A stretch of 64,000 bases of DNA from the human T2T-CHM13v2.0 reference genome, Homo sapiens. A program made the position numbers and the translations under genes. The DNA is taken from assembly GCF_009914755.1 (NCBI RefSeq), contig NC_060939.1. One strand, 5' to 3'. Below the pieces are notes generated by a model. It saw only the letters and a program-made list of their open reading frames with translations. It was not told where the DNA came from and searched no databases. Below, one piece after another: positions 32,695 through 45,858 of this stretch (positions within the stretch are counted from its first letter, which is position 1; every line of letters begins with the position of its first letter).

Positions 32695-35600
32695 TCACCG
32701 GTAGTGTGGCCCGCAGGGACGCCGACCTGCTGGAGCATCGTGCCAGCATGGGCTGTGGCAAGCACGTGGGCCAGCAGGAGGTTCCCGCTGCACAGCTGTG
32801 GGGTGAGGATAGACTGGGTGGTGATATCGGCCATTACAGGGGCCTCTTCTGCTGGCAAGAGTGTGACAGTAGCAAGTAGATGGACAGGCCTGCGTGTGAG
32901 GACGGAATGCAGGAGGGGTTCTTGTGCGCCTGGGTGTGGGGCCCTCACGGGAACCGTGGAGAAATGGCCAGGTAACTGCGTCATGTGGGCTAGTAGATTG
33001 GCCAGGGCTTCGAACTGAAGGACGATAATGGGGAGTAGCTGTCAGGCCCTGGGAGTGCCTGAGTGTAAGTGGAGATGGGTTTGGGGTCACTGAGGGATGC
33101 GTGGGAGCCATCCCTGTATAGGTACAGGTCATAGGGAGATAGTCTCGTGAGGCCTGTGAGTGTCTAGGGTTGTCCTGGGTGCCTGGGGCTGACTGTGGCA
33201 GAAATCTGGGGAAGGCTGGAGAGAAGCTGGGAGACCCAGGAGAGTCCCTGAAGGCAGGGGGTGAAGAGGTGAAAGAAATGGGGGAGGGTTGCAGTAAGGT
33301 CCGTGAGTTTGTAGGTGATTCCTGGGTGCGGGAAGCTGACTCCAGGTGAAATCTGGAGATGGTTGGAGAGTAGCTGAGAGAGACAGAAGAGTCCCTGAGG
33401 GCTGGGGGTGAGAACATGAGGGAGACGGGGGAGTAAGTCAGTGAAATTCGTGAGTTCGGTGGTGTATCGTGGGTGCCTGGAACTGACTCCAGCTGGAATC
33501 TAGAGAAGTTTTGAGAGTAGCTGAAGGAGACACAAGAGTCCCTGTGGGCTGAGGGCAAAGACCTGAGAGAGACCAGGGAGGACCTCAGTGAAGTCTGTGA
33601 GTCTGTAGGTGATTCCGGAGAGTGGGAGGCTGACTCCCGCTGAAATCTGGGCGTGGTGGGAGAGTAGCTGGGACAGACAGGAGAGTCCCAGGGGGCTGGG
33701 GGTGAAGACATGAGAGAGACTGGGGAGTAACTCAGTGAAATTGCTGAGTTGGTTGGTGATACCTGGGTGCCTGGAACTGACCCCCGCTGAAATCTGGGCA
33801 TGGTTGGAGAGTAGCTGGGACACACAGGAGAGTCCCTGAGGGCTGGGGGTGAAGACATGAGCGAGACCGGGTAGTAACTGAGTGAAACTGGTGAGTTTGG
33901 TGGTGACTCCGGGGTGCCTGGAACTGACTCCAGCTGAAATGTGGGCGTGGTTGGAGAGTAGCTGGGACAGACAGGAGAGTCCCTGAGGACTGGTGAAGAC
34001 ATGAGAGAGAGTGGAGAGTAATTGAGTGAAATTGGTGAGTTTGGTGGTGATTCCTGGGTGCCTGGAACTGACTCCCGCTGAAGTGTGGGCGTGGTTGGAG
34101 AGTAGCTGGGACACACAGGAGAGTCCCTGAGGGTTGGAGATAAAGACGTGCTAGAGACTGAGGAGTAACTGAGTGAAATTGGTGAGTTTGGTGGTGATTC
34201 CGGGGTGCCTGGAACGGACTCCAGCTGAAATGTGGGCGTGGTTGGAGAGTAGCTGGGACAGACGGGAGAGTCCCTGAGGGATGGTGAAGACATGAGAGAG
34301 ACTGGGGAGTAACGCAGTGAAATTGGTGAGTTTGGTGGTGATTTCTGGGTGCCTGCAACGGACTCCCGCTGAAGTGTGGGCGTGCTTGGAGAGTAGCTGG
34401 GACAGACAGGCGAGTCCCTGAGGGTTGGAGATAAAGACGTGCTAGAGACTGAGGAGTAACTGAGTGAAATTGGTGAGTTTGGTGGTGATACCGGGGTGCC
34501 TGGAACGGACTCCAGCTGAAATGTGGGCGTGGTTGGAGAGTAGCTGGGACAGACGGGAGAGTCCCTGAGGGATGGTGAAGACATGAGAGAGACTGGGGAG
34601 TAACGCAGTGAAATTGGTGAGTTTGGTGGTGATTTCTGGGTGCCTGCAACGGACTCCCGCTGAAGTGTGGGCGTGCTTGGAGAGTAGCTGGGACAGACAG
34701 GCGAGTCCCTGAGGGTTGGAGATAAAGACGTGCTGGAGACTGGGGAGTAACTCAGTGAAAGTGGTGGGCTTGGTGGTGATCCCAGGGTTCCTGGAACTGA
34801 CCCGCGCTGAAATGTGGGCGTGGTTGGAGAGTAGCTGGGACAGACTGGAGGGTCCGTAAGGGCTGGGGGTGAAGACGTGAGAGAGACTGGCGAGGATCTC
34901 ACTGAGGTCTGTGAGTTTGTAGGTGTTTCTGGGGTGTGGGGTACAGACTCCCGCTGAAATCTGGGCGTAGTTGGAGAGTAGCTGGGACAGACAGGAGAGT
35001 CATGGGTGGCTGGGGGTGAGCTGCTGGATGATGGCAGTAAGAACATATGGTACATTATTGATGAAAGAGGTGACTGTGAAGAATCTCCAGAGGAGGACAC
35101 GGGAGAACACAATGACATGAGTGACTGTCCTGCTTGGTTAGGAAAGGGAAACGTAAAGTTGTGGAATTCTGTTGATGATGGATGTGAGAGTGGTGAAGCC
35201 CTGCGGGGTGATGTAGAGGACTTCCACATCCCTGGTGAGGAGCTGCCCCTTGGGTCTGAGTTTCTGGGAGGGGAGAGGGAGAAGCTGGGTGAGGCAGGCA
35301 TGAATCTTGAGGAGTCAGGGCTGGGGGACCGCTCATATTCTCCCGAGACCTGTGAGTCTCTGGGGGACTCCTGGGTGCATGGGGCTGACTCCCGCAGGAA
35401 CCTGGGGATGGCTGGAGAGTAACTGGGAGCCACAGGAGGGTCCCTGAGGCCTGGGGGTGAAGAGATGCAAGACACAGTGGTGGAGCAGCGTGAGGCTCGT
35501 GAGTTTGTAGGTGATTCCTGGGTGTGGGGGGCTGACTCCAGCTGAAATCTGGGGTTGTTTGGAGAGTAGCTGGGAGACACAGGAGACCCCCCGAGAGCTG

Positions 35601-35967
35601 GGGGTGAGCTGCTGGGTGATGGCAGTAAGAACATGTGGTATATTATTGATGAACGTGGGGACTCTGAGGAGTCCTCAGAGGAGGACACGGCAGAGCCCAA
35701 TGGCTTCATTGATTGCCCATCACGGTGAGGACAGGGAAATGGGAGCTTGTGGGATTCTGGTGATGACAGAGGTGAGTGTGGTGAAGCCCTAGGGGATGGT
35801 GAATGGTAGTTCCGGATCCCTGGTGAGGAGCTTCCCCTTAAGCCTGAGTTTCTGAGAGGGGAGAGGGAGAAGCTGGGTGAGGCTCGCATGGACTTTGGGG
35901 TGTCCGTGCTGGGGGACCGTTCATAAGAAGAGCCAGACAAGACCCTACTGTTCTTAGGTGCAGACAT
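32695..35967 (-). CDS. Putative 1090-aa CTD-like repeat protein (unit 6, intact)
   Basis: Full ORF, variant S11/K25/L301. Confidence 0.55.
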   Translation of the reverse strand: MSAPKNSRVLSGSSYERSPSTDTPKSMRASPSFSLSPLRNSGLRGSSSPGIRNYHSPSPRASPHSPLSSPESHKLPFPCPHRDGQSMKPLGSAVSSSEDSSESPRSSIIYHMFLLPSPSSSPPALGGSPVSPSYSPNNPRFQLESAPHTQESPTNSRASRCSTTVSCISSPPGLRDPPVAPSYSPAIPRFLRESAPCTQESPRDSQVSGEYERSPSPDSSRFMPASPSFSLSPPRNSDPRGSSSPGMWKSSTSPRRASPLSHPSSTEFHNFTFPFPNQAGQSLMSLCSPVSSSGDSSQSPLSSIMYHMFLLPSSSSSPPATHDSPVCPSYSPTTPRFQRESVPHTPETPTNSQTSVRSSPVSLTSSPPALTDPPVCPSYSPTTPTFQRGSVPGTLGSPPSPPLSLSYSPVSSTSLSPTLRDSPVCPSYSPSTPTLQRESVAGTQKSPPNSPISLRYSPVSLMSSPSLRDSPVCPSYSPTTPTFQLESVPGTPVSPPNSPISLSYSSVSSTSLSPTLRDSPVCPSYSPSTPTLQRESVAGTQKSPPNSPISLRYSPVSLMSSPSLRDSPVCPSYSPTTPTFQLESVPGTPESPPNSPISLSYSSVSSTSLSPTLRDSPVCPSYSPTTPTLQRESVPGTQESPPNSPISLNYSPLSLMSSPVLRDSPVCPSYSPTTPTFQLESVPGTPESPPNSPVSLSYYPVSLMSSPPALRDSPVCPSYSPTMPRFQRGSVPGTQVSPTNSAISLSYSPVSLMSSPPAPWDSPVCPSYSPTTPRFQRESASHSPESPTDSQTSLRSSLVSLRSLPSAHRDSCVSFSYSQNFSRFQLESVPGTHDTPPNSRISLTYSPVSLMFSPPALRDSSVSLSYSPTISRFHLESASRTQESPTNSRTLLQPSPISFTSSPPAFRDSPGSPSFSPAFPRFLPQSAPGTQDNPRHSQASRDYLPMTCTYTGMAPTHPSVTPNPSPLTLRHSQGLTATPHYRPSVRSPGQSTSPHDAVTWPFLHGSREGPTPRRTRTPPAFRPHTQACPSTCYCHTLASRRGPCNGRYHHPVYPHPTAVQREPPAGPRACHSPCWHDAPAGRRPCGPHYR

Positions 35968-36042
35968 GATTAGGAAACCTGCAGCTCCCAGGGGCCCCCA
36001 CTAATGTTCTAACTCGCAGAAGGAAGGAGTGTGTGTGCGTGT

Positions 36043-36076
<34 letters not shown>

Positions 36077-39000
36077 TTGTGTGTGTGCGGTGTGAGGTAT
36101 GGGCCCCTTAAGGAAATGGAAATCAACCAACCAATGGGACAGACAGACAGACAGACAGACAGAGATTCACTTGCCCAAGTGTTCTGTCCTGTCCTCTGAA
36201 TCCGCTTCCAAGTCGCAAGACGCTGTGAGCTCCAAGTCCACGCAGAGTCCGCCAAACGCTGCGGCCGCTGATCCGCTCCGCGAAGATCTGAGTACAGGCC
36301 AGCCAGGGTGGGTTTAAATAGCCTCGGGCGCAGCCTAGCAGCGGAAAGGGCGGAGCTTCACTCCTCCTTTCCATCAGTCACCCCCAACTTTCCCAGGCTA
36401 CACCTCGTAGGAAACTGTTCTCCTGCTTTGATTTCATGCGCCACCTTTGGGACAATCTAAGAACTTACAGGTTTTCTTGGCCAGATTTATTAGGAATTGT
36501 ATGCACTGAAACACTGAAAACCAACTAGTGGTTCTGTGCTTCCCACGTTGTGGTTTTGACACCAGCAGCATCCTTGCCACAATCAAACCCCGGAGATCCG
36601 CAGATCTGTGTTGTAACAAGACCTCCCCCTGACCCTGAAGCATGGCAGTTGAAGAAGTCTTTCCGTGTAAGCGAAAAGACTTTGAAGAAAAGGTGGAGAT
36701 ATGCGTTGTATAAACATTCTTTTGCTCTGGAACCACGTAGAGACTTGGGAGCCAGTTGGGTGGAGCATTCGTTGGATGAGGGTGCTCGGGTTAGGAATAT
36801 CAAGGTGTTTCTCCAGATAATCCAATCATCTAATTAAGATTCCAGTTATGCTCATCTGTTTTAAAATTCCGTTTGGGTAAATTCTTTTAGTCAGACTGAG
36901 AATGGCAAAGCCTCAACCCCAATTTCCAGGGAGGGTGGAGAGCCTCAGGTGGAGTTGATCACCAATAGCCTATAGTTTAACCCATCATGCCTATAGAATG
37001 AGGTCTCCATCAAAATCCAAAAGGACTGGGTTCAGAGAGCTTCTGGATAACACTTCCTGGAAGGTAGTGCGGCCCTCCCCGCATGGCGGGCCCCACATTT
37101 ATTTCTGAACTTTGTGCAATGTCCGCTAAATTACAACGGCAAATGTAAGTGTTTCCCTGCGTGCTGTGAGCTCTTCCAGCAAATGAATGCAACTAAATCT
37201 GGGAGTGGTGGCAACCTGATTTATAGCCAGTTGCTGAGAAGTACAGGTAAAACAACTTAGGGCTTCCCATTGTTATTGGTGTGGGAGGCCTGTCTGGCGG
37301 GACTCGGCCCTTTGGAATCTAATGCTATGTCCCGGTAGATAGCGTCACCATTGAATTAGAAGACACACATATGTGGAGAATAATCTTTCTGGTCATTTGC
37401 TGCATGTCTTATTTACAATATGTAATCAAATTCTTTATCCTGACCTTATGGCACCTGGGTTTGAACCAAAAGTTGGTCTGTCACTTTCTGAGTTTGAAAC
37501 TTTATTTTGCCTTTAGCGTTTTGCTATTGCTTTTTCGTTTTCTTTTGTTTCGTTTCGTTTCTAAGTTCTGGGGTATATGTGCAGGATGTGCAGATTTGTT
37601 ACTAAGGTAAACGTGTGCCATGGTGGTTTGCTGCACCTGTCAACCCGTCACCTAGGTATTAAGCCCAGCATGCAGTAGCTGTTTTTCTTAACGCTCTGCC
37701 TCCCGAACGGCCCCAGTGTGTGTTGTTCCCCTTCCTGTGTCCATGGGATCTCACTTTTCAGCTCCCATTATAAGTGAGAAGGTGGCGTTTGGTTTTCTTT
37801 CCCTGGATTAGTTTGCTGACGATAATGACCACACATCACCACTGTTTTTGTTTTTTAGTATAAAGAGTAGTATTTTATTGAATAAGATTTGCTCACAGAA
37901 AAATAAGCTTAAATCTACAATGAATGCCAGACCCTACAGCAGAAAGCAATTTTCTCACTTTTCCACACACAATGGTTCCTACTAAGTGAAAAAAAAGCCA
38001 TAAAATTTCATTCACAAATGTACTACTCTGTCTCAAAACATCTCACGTAATCATGCACTGTACTAAAGCCATCAGATCAGTTCTTCAGTCAGGTTAAAGA
38101 AGTATCCCTCTAATAACTGACTTTTATAATGCTATCAATATCCACTCCCAATCAGTCTGCCATTGTTAGTGGTGTACAGCATTACTGAATACAACGGAAT
38201 TGATGACGCCCATATCCACAGACAAACCGTGACTTATGATGGTTTGATTTATGATTTTTCAACGTTATGATGGGTTTTTTGGAATATTAGATTCGTTTCT
38301 GAGTTACACTGGGTTTATGAGTATGCGACCCTACACTCCAGAAACAGCTGTATAAGGAAAAACAGGTGTACCTAATAAAAATATGCTTAGTGACTTGGGA
38401 TAAACCAATAGATGTTCACAAGTGATGGAGAGCCGTGAAAGAGAGATAGCGGTAAATAGTTACAATAACACAATTTTCCTGCACCTGTCGAGGATTTCCC
38501 CCAAAAAACGCAGAATGTGGGATGCACCTAAGGCATATGAAAGAGAGAGGGCAGAAGGAGTAAGAGAGAAATAGGAGGAAGGAAGGAAGGAAGCAAGGAA
38601 GAAAGGAAGGAAGGAAAGAAGGAAGGTAGGACGGAAGGAAGGAAGGAAGGAAGGAAGGAAAGAAGGATGAAAGGAAGGAGAAAACACCGGTGTTACTAAA
38701 ACCCCCCAAAAAATGGTTTCCCCCTGTGGGTAAGCCTACAATGTGGATGAATCTTGAAAATATTGTGCTACGTGTTATGTCAGTCATAGCAGCTCACCTA
38801 TTGTGCAATTCCGTTTATAGGAAATGTCCACAATATGGAAATCTATGCATATGGGATTGATCGCACTAGGTAGTTGCTACCTAGGGCTGAGGGTCAGGGA
38901 GAGGGTTTGAGACAGAATGAGGAGTGACTAATGTCTACAGGGTCTTTCTCTGGTCGGGGGTGATAAGACGTTTTACAATGGATTGCGAATTAAAATTGAA

Positions 39001-39276
39001 TGTGCACAACCACAGGTATACTAAAAGCCACTCAATTCATGACCTTTAATGGGGGAATCTTACGTGGCGTAGTCTCATGGAGACCACGGCAGACATAGTG
39101 AGAGAGAAAAAGGTGAGTAAATATCTGAAACGGAGGCAGAAACAGAGAGAATGAAAAGCCCTGTGAATGGAAGGGAGAGCGAAAAGGGAAAATGGTCCTA
39201 TTTACAAATGACAGATGTGAAACTGGGGTTCACATCAACAGTGTCACTGCCAGGAAGGAGGGTCATGCTAGCCATG

Positions 39277-42200
39277 TCACCGGTAGTGTGGCCCGCAGGG
39301 ACGCCGACCTGCTGGAGCATCGTGCCAGCATGGGCTGTGGCAAGCACGTGGGCCAGCAGGAGGTTCCCGCTGCACAGCTGTGGGGTGAGGATAGACTGGG
39401 TGGTGATATCGGCCATTACAGGGGCCTCTTCTGCTGGCAAGAGTGTGACAGTAGCAAGTAGATGGACAGGCCTGCGTGTGAGGACGGAATGCAGGAGGGG
39501 TTCTTGTGCGCCTGGGTGTGGGGCCCTCACGGGAACCGTGGAGAAATGGCCAGGTAACTGCGTCATGTGGGCTAGTAGATTGGCCAGGGCTTCGAACTGA
39601 AGGACGATAATGGGGAGTAGCTGTCAGGCCCTGGGAGTGCCTGAGTGTAAGTGGAGATGGGTTTGGGGTCACTGAGGGATGCGTGGGAGCCATCCCTGTA
39701 TAGGTACAGGTCATAGGGAGATAGTCTCGTGAGGCCTGTGAGTGTCTAGGGTTGTCCTGGGTGCCTGGGGCTGACTGTGGCAGAAATCTGGGGAAGGCTG
39801 GAGAGAAGCTGGGAGACCCAGGAGAGTCCCTGAAGGCAGGGGGTGAAGAGGTGAAAGAAATGGGGGAGGGTTGCAGTAAGGTCCGTGAGTTTGTAGGTGA
39901 TTCCTGGGTGCGGGAAGCTGACTCCAGGTGAAATCTGGAGATGGTTGGAGAGTAGCTGAGAGAGACAGAAGAGTCCCTGAGGGCTGGGGGTGAGAACATG
40001 AGGGAGACGGGGGAGTAAGTCAGTGAAATTCGTGAGTTCGGTGGTGTATCGTGGGTGCCTGGAACTGACTCCAGCTGGAATCTAGAGAAGTTTTGAGAGT
40101 AGCTGAAGGAGACACAAGAGTCCCTGTGGGCTGAGGGCAAAGACCTGAGAGAGACCAGGGAGGACCTCAGTGAAGTCTGTGAGTCTGTAGGTGATTCCGG
40201 AGAGTGGGAGGCTGACTCCCGCTGAAATCTGGGCGTGGTGGGAGAGTAGCTGGGACAGACAGGAGAGTCCCAGGGGGCTGGGGGTGAAGACATGAGAGAG
40301 ACTGGGGAGTAACTCAGTGAAATTGCTGAGTTGGTTGGTGATACCTGGGTGCCTGGAACTGACCCCCGCTGAAATCTGGGCATGGTTGGAGAGTAGCTGG
40401 GACACACAGGAGAGTCCCTGAGGGCTGGGGGTGAAGACATGAGCGAGACCGGGTAGTAACTGAGTGAAACTGGTGAGTTTGGTGGTGACTCCGGGGTGCC
40501 TGGAACTGACTCCAGCTGAAATGTGGGCGTGGTTGGAGAGTAGCTGGGACAGACAGGAGAGTCCCTGAGGACTGGTGAAGACATGAGAGAGAGTGGAGAG
40601 TAATTGAGTGAAATTGGTGAGTTTGGTGGTGATTCCTGGGTGCCTGGAACTGACTCCCGCTGAAGTGTGGGCGTGGTTGGAGAGTAGCTGGGACACACAG
40701 GAGAGTCCCTGAGGGTTGGAGATAAAGACGTGCTAGAGACTGAGGAGTAACTGAGTGAAATTGGTGAGTTTGGTGGTGATTCCGGGGTGCCTGGAACGGA
40801 CTCCAGCTGAAATGTGGGCGTGGTTGGAGAGTAGCTGGGACAGACGGGAGAGTCCCTGAGGGATGGTGAAGACATGAGAGAGACTGGGGAGTAACGCAGT
40901 GAAATTGGTGAGTTTGGTGGTGATTTCTGGGTGCCTGCAACGGACTCCCGCTGAAGTGTGGGCGTGCTTGGAGAGTAGCTGGGACAGACAGGCGAGTCCC
41001 TGAGGGTTGGAGATAAAGACGTGCTAGAGACTGAGGAGTAACTGAGTGAAATTGGTGAGTTTGGTGGTGATACCGGGGTGCCTGGAACGGACTCCAGCTG
41101 AAATGTGGGCGTGGTTGGAGAGTAGCTGGGACAGACGGGAGAGTCCCTGAGGGATGGTGAAGACATGAGAGAGACTGGGGAGTAACGCAGTGAAATTGGT
41201 GAGTTTGGTGGTGATTTCTGGGTGCCTGCAACGGACTCCCGCTGAAGTGTGGGCGTGCTTGGAGAGTAGCTGGGACAGACAGGCGAGTCCCTGAGGGTTG
41301 GAGATAAAGACGTGCTGGAGACTGGGGAGTAACTCAGTGAAAGTGGTGGGCTTGGTGGTGATCCCAGGGTTCCTGGAACTGACCCGCGCTGAAATGTGGG
41401 CGTGGTTGGAGAGTAGCTGGGACAGACTGGAGGGTCCGTAAGGGCTGGGGGTGAAGACGTGAGAGAGACTGGCGAGGATCTCACTGAGGTCTGTGAGTTT
41501 GTAGGTGTTTCTGGGGTGTGGGGTACAGACTCCCGCTGAAATCTGGGCGTAGTTGGAGAGTAGCTGGGACAGACAGGAGAGTCATGGGTGGCTGGGGGTG
41601 AGCTGCTGGATGATGGCAGTAAGAACATATGGTACATTATTGATGAAAGAGGTGACTGTGAAGAATCTCCAGAGGAGGACACGGGAGAACACAATGACAT
41701 GAGTGACTGTCCTGCTTGGTTAGGAAAGGGAAACGTAAAGTTGTGGAATTCTGTTGATGATGGATGTGAGAGTGGTGAAGCCCTGCGGGGTGATGTAGAG
41801 GACTTCCACATCCCTGGTGAGGAGCTGCCCCTTGGGTCTGAGTTTCTGGGAGGGGAGAGGGAGAAGCTGGGTGAGGCAGGCATGAATCTTGAGGAGTCAG
41901 GGCTGGGGGACCGCTCATATTCTCCCGAGACCTGTGAGTCTCTGGGGGACTCCTGGGTGCATGGGGCTGACTCCCGCAGGAACCTGGGGATGGCTGGAGA
42001 GTAACTGGGAGCCACAGGAGGGTCCCTGAGGCCTGGGGGTGAAGAGATGCAAGACACAGTGGTGGAGCAGCGTGAGGCTCGTGAGTTTGTAGGTGATTCC
42101 TGGGTGTGGGGGGCTGACTCCAGCTGAAATCTGGGGTTGTTTGGAGAGTAGCTGGGAGACACAGGAGACCCCCCGAGAGCTGGGGGTGAGCTGCTGGGTG

Positions 42201-42549
42201 ATGGCAGTAAGAACATGTGGTATATTATTGATGAACGTGGGGACTCTGAGGAGTCCTCAGAGGAGGACACGGCAGAGCCCAATGGCTTCATTGATTGCCC
42301 ATCACGGTGAGGACAGGGAAATGGGAGCTTGTGGGATTCTGGTGATGACAGAGGTGAGTGTGGTGAAGCCCTAGGGGATGGTGAATGGTAGTTCCGGATC
42401 CCTGGTGAGGAGCTTCCCCTTAAGCCTGAGTTTCTGAGAGGGGAGAGGGAGAAGCTGGGTGAGGCTCGCATGGACTTTGGGGTGTCCGTGCTGGGGGACC
42501 GTTCATAAGAAGAGCCAGACAAGACCCTACTGTTCTTAGGTGCAGACAT
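39277..42549 (-). CDS. Putative 1090-aa CTD-like repeat protein (unit 7, intact)
   Basis: Full ORF, variant S11/K25/L301 as in unit 6. Confidence 0.55.
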   Translation of the reverse strand: MSAPKNSRVLSGSSYERSPSTDTPKSMRASPSFSLSPLRNSGLRGSSSPGIRNYHSPSPRASPHSPLSSPESHKLPFPCPHRDGQSMKPLGSAVSSSEDSSESPRSSIIYHMFLLPSPSSSPPALGGSPVSPSYSPNNPRFQLESAPHTQESPTNSRASRCSTTVSCISSPPGLRDPPVAPSYSPAIPRFLRESAPCTQESPRDSQVSGEYERSPSPDSSRFMPASPSFSLSPPRNSDPRGSSSPGMWKSSTSPRRASPLSHPSSTEFHNFTFPFPNQAGQSLMSLCSPVSSSGDSSQSPLSSIMYHMFLLPSSSSSPPATHDSPVCPSYSPTTPRFQRESVPHTPETPTNSQTSVRSSPVSLTSSPPALTDPPVCPSYSPTTPTFQRGSVPGTLGSPPSPPLSLSYSPVSSTSLSPTLRDSPVCPSYSPSTPTLQRESVAGTQKSPPNSPISLRYSPVSLMSSPSLRDSPVCPSYSPTTPTFQLESVPGTPVSPPNSPISLSYSSVSSTSLSPTLRDSPVCPSYSPSTPTLQRESVAGTQKSPPNSPISLRYSPVSLMSSPSLRDSPVCPSYSPTTPTFQLESVPGTPESPPNSPISLSYSSVSSTSLSPTLRDSPVCPSYSPTTPTLQRESVPGTQESPPNSPISLNYSPLSLMSSPVLRDSPVCPSYSPTTPTFQLESVPGTPESPPNSPVSLSYYPVSLMSSPPALRDSPVCPSYSPTMPRFQRGSVPGTQVSPTNSAISLSYSPVSLMSSPPAPWDSPVCPSYSPTTPRFQRESASHSPESPTDSQTSLRSSLVSLRSLPSAHRDSCVSFSYSQNFSRFQLESVPGTHDTPPNSRISLTYSPVSLMFSPPALRDSSVSLSYSPTISRFHLESASRTQESPTNSRTLLQPSPISFTSSPPAFRDSPGSPSFSPAFPRFLPQSAPGTQDNPRHSQASRDYLPMTCTYTGMAPTHPSVTPNPSPLTLRHSQGLTATPHYRPSVRSPGQSTSPHDAVTWPFLHGSREGPTPRRTRTPPAFRPHTQACPSTCYCHTLASRRGPCNGRYHHPVYPHPTAVQREPPAGPRACHSPCWHDAPAGRRPCGPHYR

Positions 42550-42624
42550 GATTAGGAAACCTGCAGCTCCCAGGGGCCCCCACTAATGTTCTAACTCGCA
42601 GAAGGAAGGAGTGTGTGTGCGTGT

Positions 42625-42658
<34 letters not shown>

Positions 42659-45600
42659 TTGTGTGTGTGCGGTGTGAGGTATGGGCCCCTTAAGGAAATG
42701 GAAATCAACCAACCAATGGGACAGACAGACAGACAGACAGACAGAGATTCACTTGCCCAAGTGTTCTGTCCTGTCCTCTGAATCCGCTTCCAAGTCGCAA
42801 GACGCTGTGAGCTCCAAGTCCACGCAGAGTCCGCCAAACGCTGCGGCCGCTGATCCGCTCCGCGAAGATCTGAGTACAGGCCAGCCAGGGTGGGTTTAAA
42901 TAGCCTCGGGCGCAGCCTAGCAGCGGAAAGGGCGGAGCTTCACTCCTCCTTTCCATCAGTCACCCCCAACTTTCCCAGGCTACACCTCGTAGGAAACTGT
43001 TCTCCTGCTTTGATTTCATGCGCCACCTTTGGGACAATCTAAGAACTTACAGGTTTTCTTGGCCAGATTTATTAGGAATTGTATGCACTGAAACACTGAA
43101 AACCAACTAGTGGTTCTGTGCTTCCCACGTTGTGGTTTTGACACCAGCAGCATCCTTGCCACAATCAAACCCCGGAGATCCGCAGATCTGTGTTGTAACA
43201 AGACCTCCCCCTGACCCTGAAGCATGGCAGTTGAAGAAGTCTTTCCGTGTAAGCGAAAAGACTTTGAAGAAAAGGTGGAGATATGCGTTGTATAAACATT
43301 CTTTTGCTCTGGAACCACGTAGAGACTTGGGAGCCAGTTGGGTGGAGCATTCGTTGGATGAGGGTGCTCGGGTTAGGAATATCAAGGTGTTTCTCCAGAT
43401 AATCCAATCATCTAATTAAGATTCCAGTTATGCTCATCTGTTTTAAAATTCCGTTTGGGTAAATTCTTTTAGTCAGACTGAGAATGGCAAAGCCTCAACC
43501 CCAATTTCCAGGGAGGGTGGAGAGCCTCAGGTGGAGTTGATCACCAATAGCCTATAGTTTAACCCATCATGCCTATAGAATGAGGTCTCCATCAAAATCC
43601 AAAAGGACTGGGTTCAGAGAGCTTCTGGATAACACTTCCTGGAAGGTAGTGCGGCCCTCCCCGCATGGCGGGCCCCACATTTATTTCTGAACTTTGTGCA
43701 ATGTCCGCTAAATTACAACGGCAAATGTAAGTGTTTCCCTGCGTGCTGTGAGCTCTTCCAGCAAATGAATGCAACTAAATCTGGGAGTGGTGGCAACCTG
43801 ATTTATAGCCAGTTGCTGAGAAGTACAGGTAAAACAACTTAGGGCTTCCCATTGTTATTGGTGTGGGAGGCCTGTCTGGCGGGACTCGGCCCTTTGGAAT
43901 CTAATGCTATGTCCCGGTAGATAGCGTCACCATTGAATTAGAAGACACACATATGTGGAGAATAATCTTTCTGGTCATTTGCTGCATGTCTTATTTACAA
44001 TATGTAATCAAATTCTTTATCCTGACCTTATGGCACCTGGGTTTGAACCAAAAGTTGGTCTGTCACTTTCTGAGTTTGAAACTTTATTTTGCCTTTAGCG
44101 TTTTGCTATTGCTTTTTCGTTTTCTTTTGTTTCGTTTCGTTTCTAAGTTCTGGGGTATATGTGCAGGATGTGCAGATTTGTTACTAAGGTAAACGTGTGC
44201 CATGGTGGTTTGCTGCACCTGTCAACCCGTCACCTAGGTATTAAGCCCAGCATGCAGTAGCTGTTTTTCTTAACGCTCTGCCTCCCGAACGGCCCCAGTG
44301 TGTGTTGTTCCCCTTCCTGTGTCCATGGGATCTCACTTTTCAGCTCCCATTATAAGTGAGAAGGTGGCGTTTGGTTTTCTTTCCCTGGATTAGTTTGCTG
44401 ACGATAATGACCACACATCACCACTGTTTTTGTTTTTTAGTATAAAGAGTAGTATTTTATTGAATAAGATTTGCTCACAGAAAAATAAGCTTAAATCTAC
44501 AATGAATGCCAGACCCTACAGCAGAAAGCAATTTTCTCACTTTTCCACACACAATGGTTCCTACTAAGTGAAAAAAAAGCCATAAAATTTCATTCACAAA
44601 TGTACTACTCTGTCTCAAAACATCTCACGTAATCATGCACTGTACTAAAGCCATCAGATCAGTTCTTCAGTCAGGTTAAAGAAGTATCCCTCTAATAACT
44701 GACTTTTATAATGCTATCAATATCCACTCCCAATCAGTCTGCCATTGTTAGTGGTGTACAGCATTACTGAATACAACGGAATTGATGACGCCCATATCCA
44801 CAGACAAACCGTGACTTATGATGGTTTGATTTATGATTTTTCAACGTTATGATGGGTTTTTTGGAATATTAGATTCGTTTCTGAGTTACACTGGGTTTAT
44901 GAGTATGCGACCCTACACTCCAGAAACAGCTGTATAAGGAAAAACAGGTGTACCTAATAAAAATATGCTTAGTGACTTGGGATAAACCAATAGATGTTCA
45001 CAAGTGATGGAGAGCCGTGAAAGAGAGATAGCGGTAAATAGTTACAATAACACAATTTTCCTGCACCTGTCGAGGATTTCCCCCAAAAAACGCAGAATGT
45101 GGGATGCACCTAAGGCATATGAAAGAGAGAGGGCAGAAGGAGTAAGAGAGAAATAGGAGGAAGGAAGGAAGGAAGCAAGGAAGAAAGGAAGGAAGGAAAG
45201 AAGGAAGGTAGGACGGAAGGAAGGAAGGAAGGAAGGAAGGAAAGAAGGATGAAAGGAAGGAGAAAACACCGGTGTTACTAAAACCCCCCAAAAAATGGTT
45301 TCCCCCTGTGGGTAAGCCTACAATGTGGATGAATCTTGAAAATATTGTGCTACGTGTTATGTCAGTCATAGCAGCTCACCTATTGTGCAATTCCGTTTAT
45401 AGGAAATGTCCACAATATGGAAATCTATGCATATGGGATTGATCGCACTAGGTAGTTGCTACCTAGGGCTGAGGGTCAGGGAGAGGGTTTGAGACAGAAT
45501 GAGGAGTGACTAATGTCTACAGGGTCTTTCTCTGGTCGGGGGTGATAAGACGTTTTACAATGGATTGCGAATTAAAATTGAATGTGCACAACCACAGGTA

Positions 45601-45858
45601 TACTAAAAGCCACTCAATTCATGACCTTTAATGGGGGAATCTTACGTGGCGTAGTCTCATGGAGACCACGGCAGACATAGTGAGAGAGAAAAAGGTGAGT
45701 AAATATCTGAAACGGAGGCAGAAACAGAGAGAATGAAAAGCCCTGTGAATGGAAGGGAGAGCGAAAAGGGAAAATGGTCCTATTTACAAATGACAGATGT
45801 GAAACTGGGGTTCACATCAACAGTGTCACTGCCAGGAAGGAGGGTCATGCTAGCCATG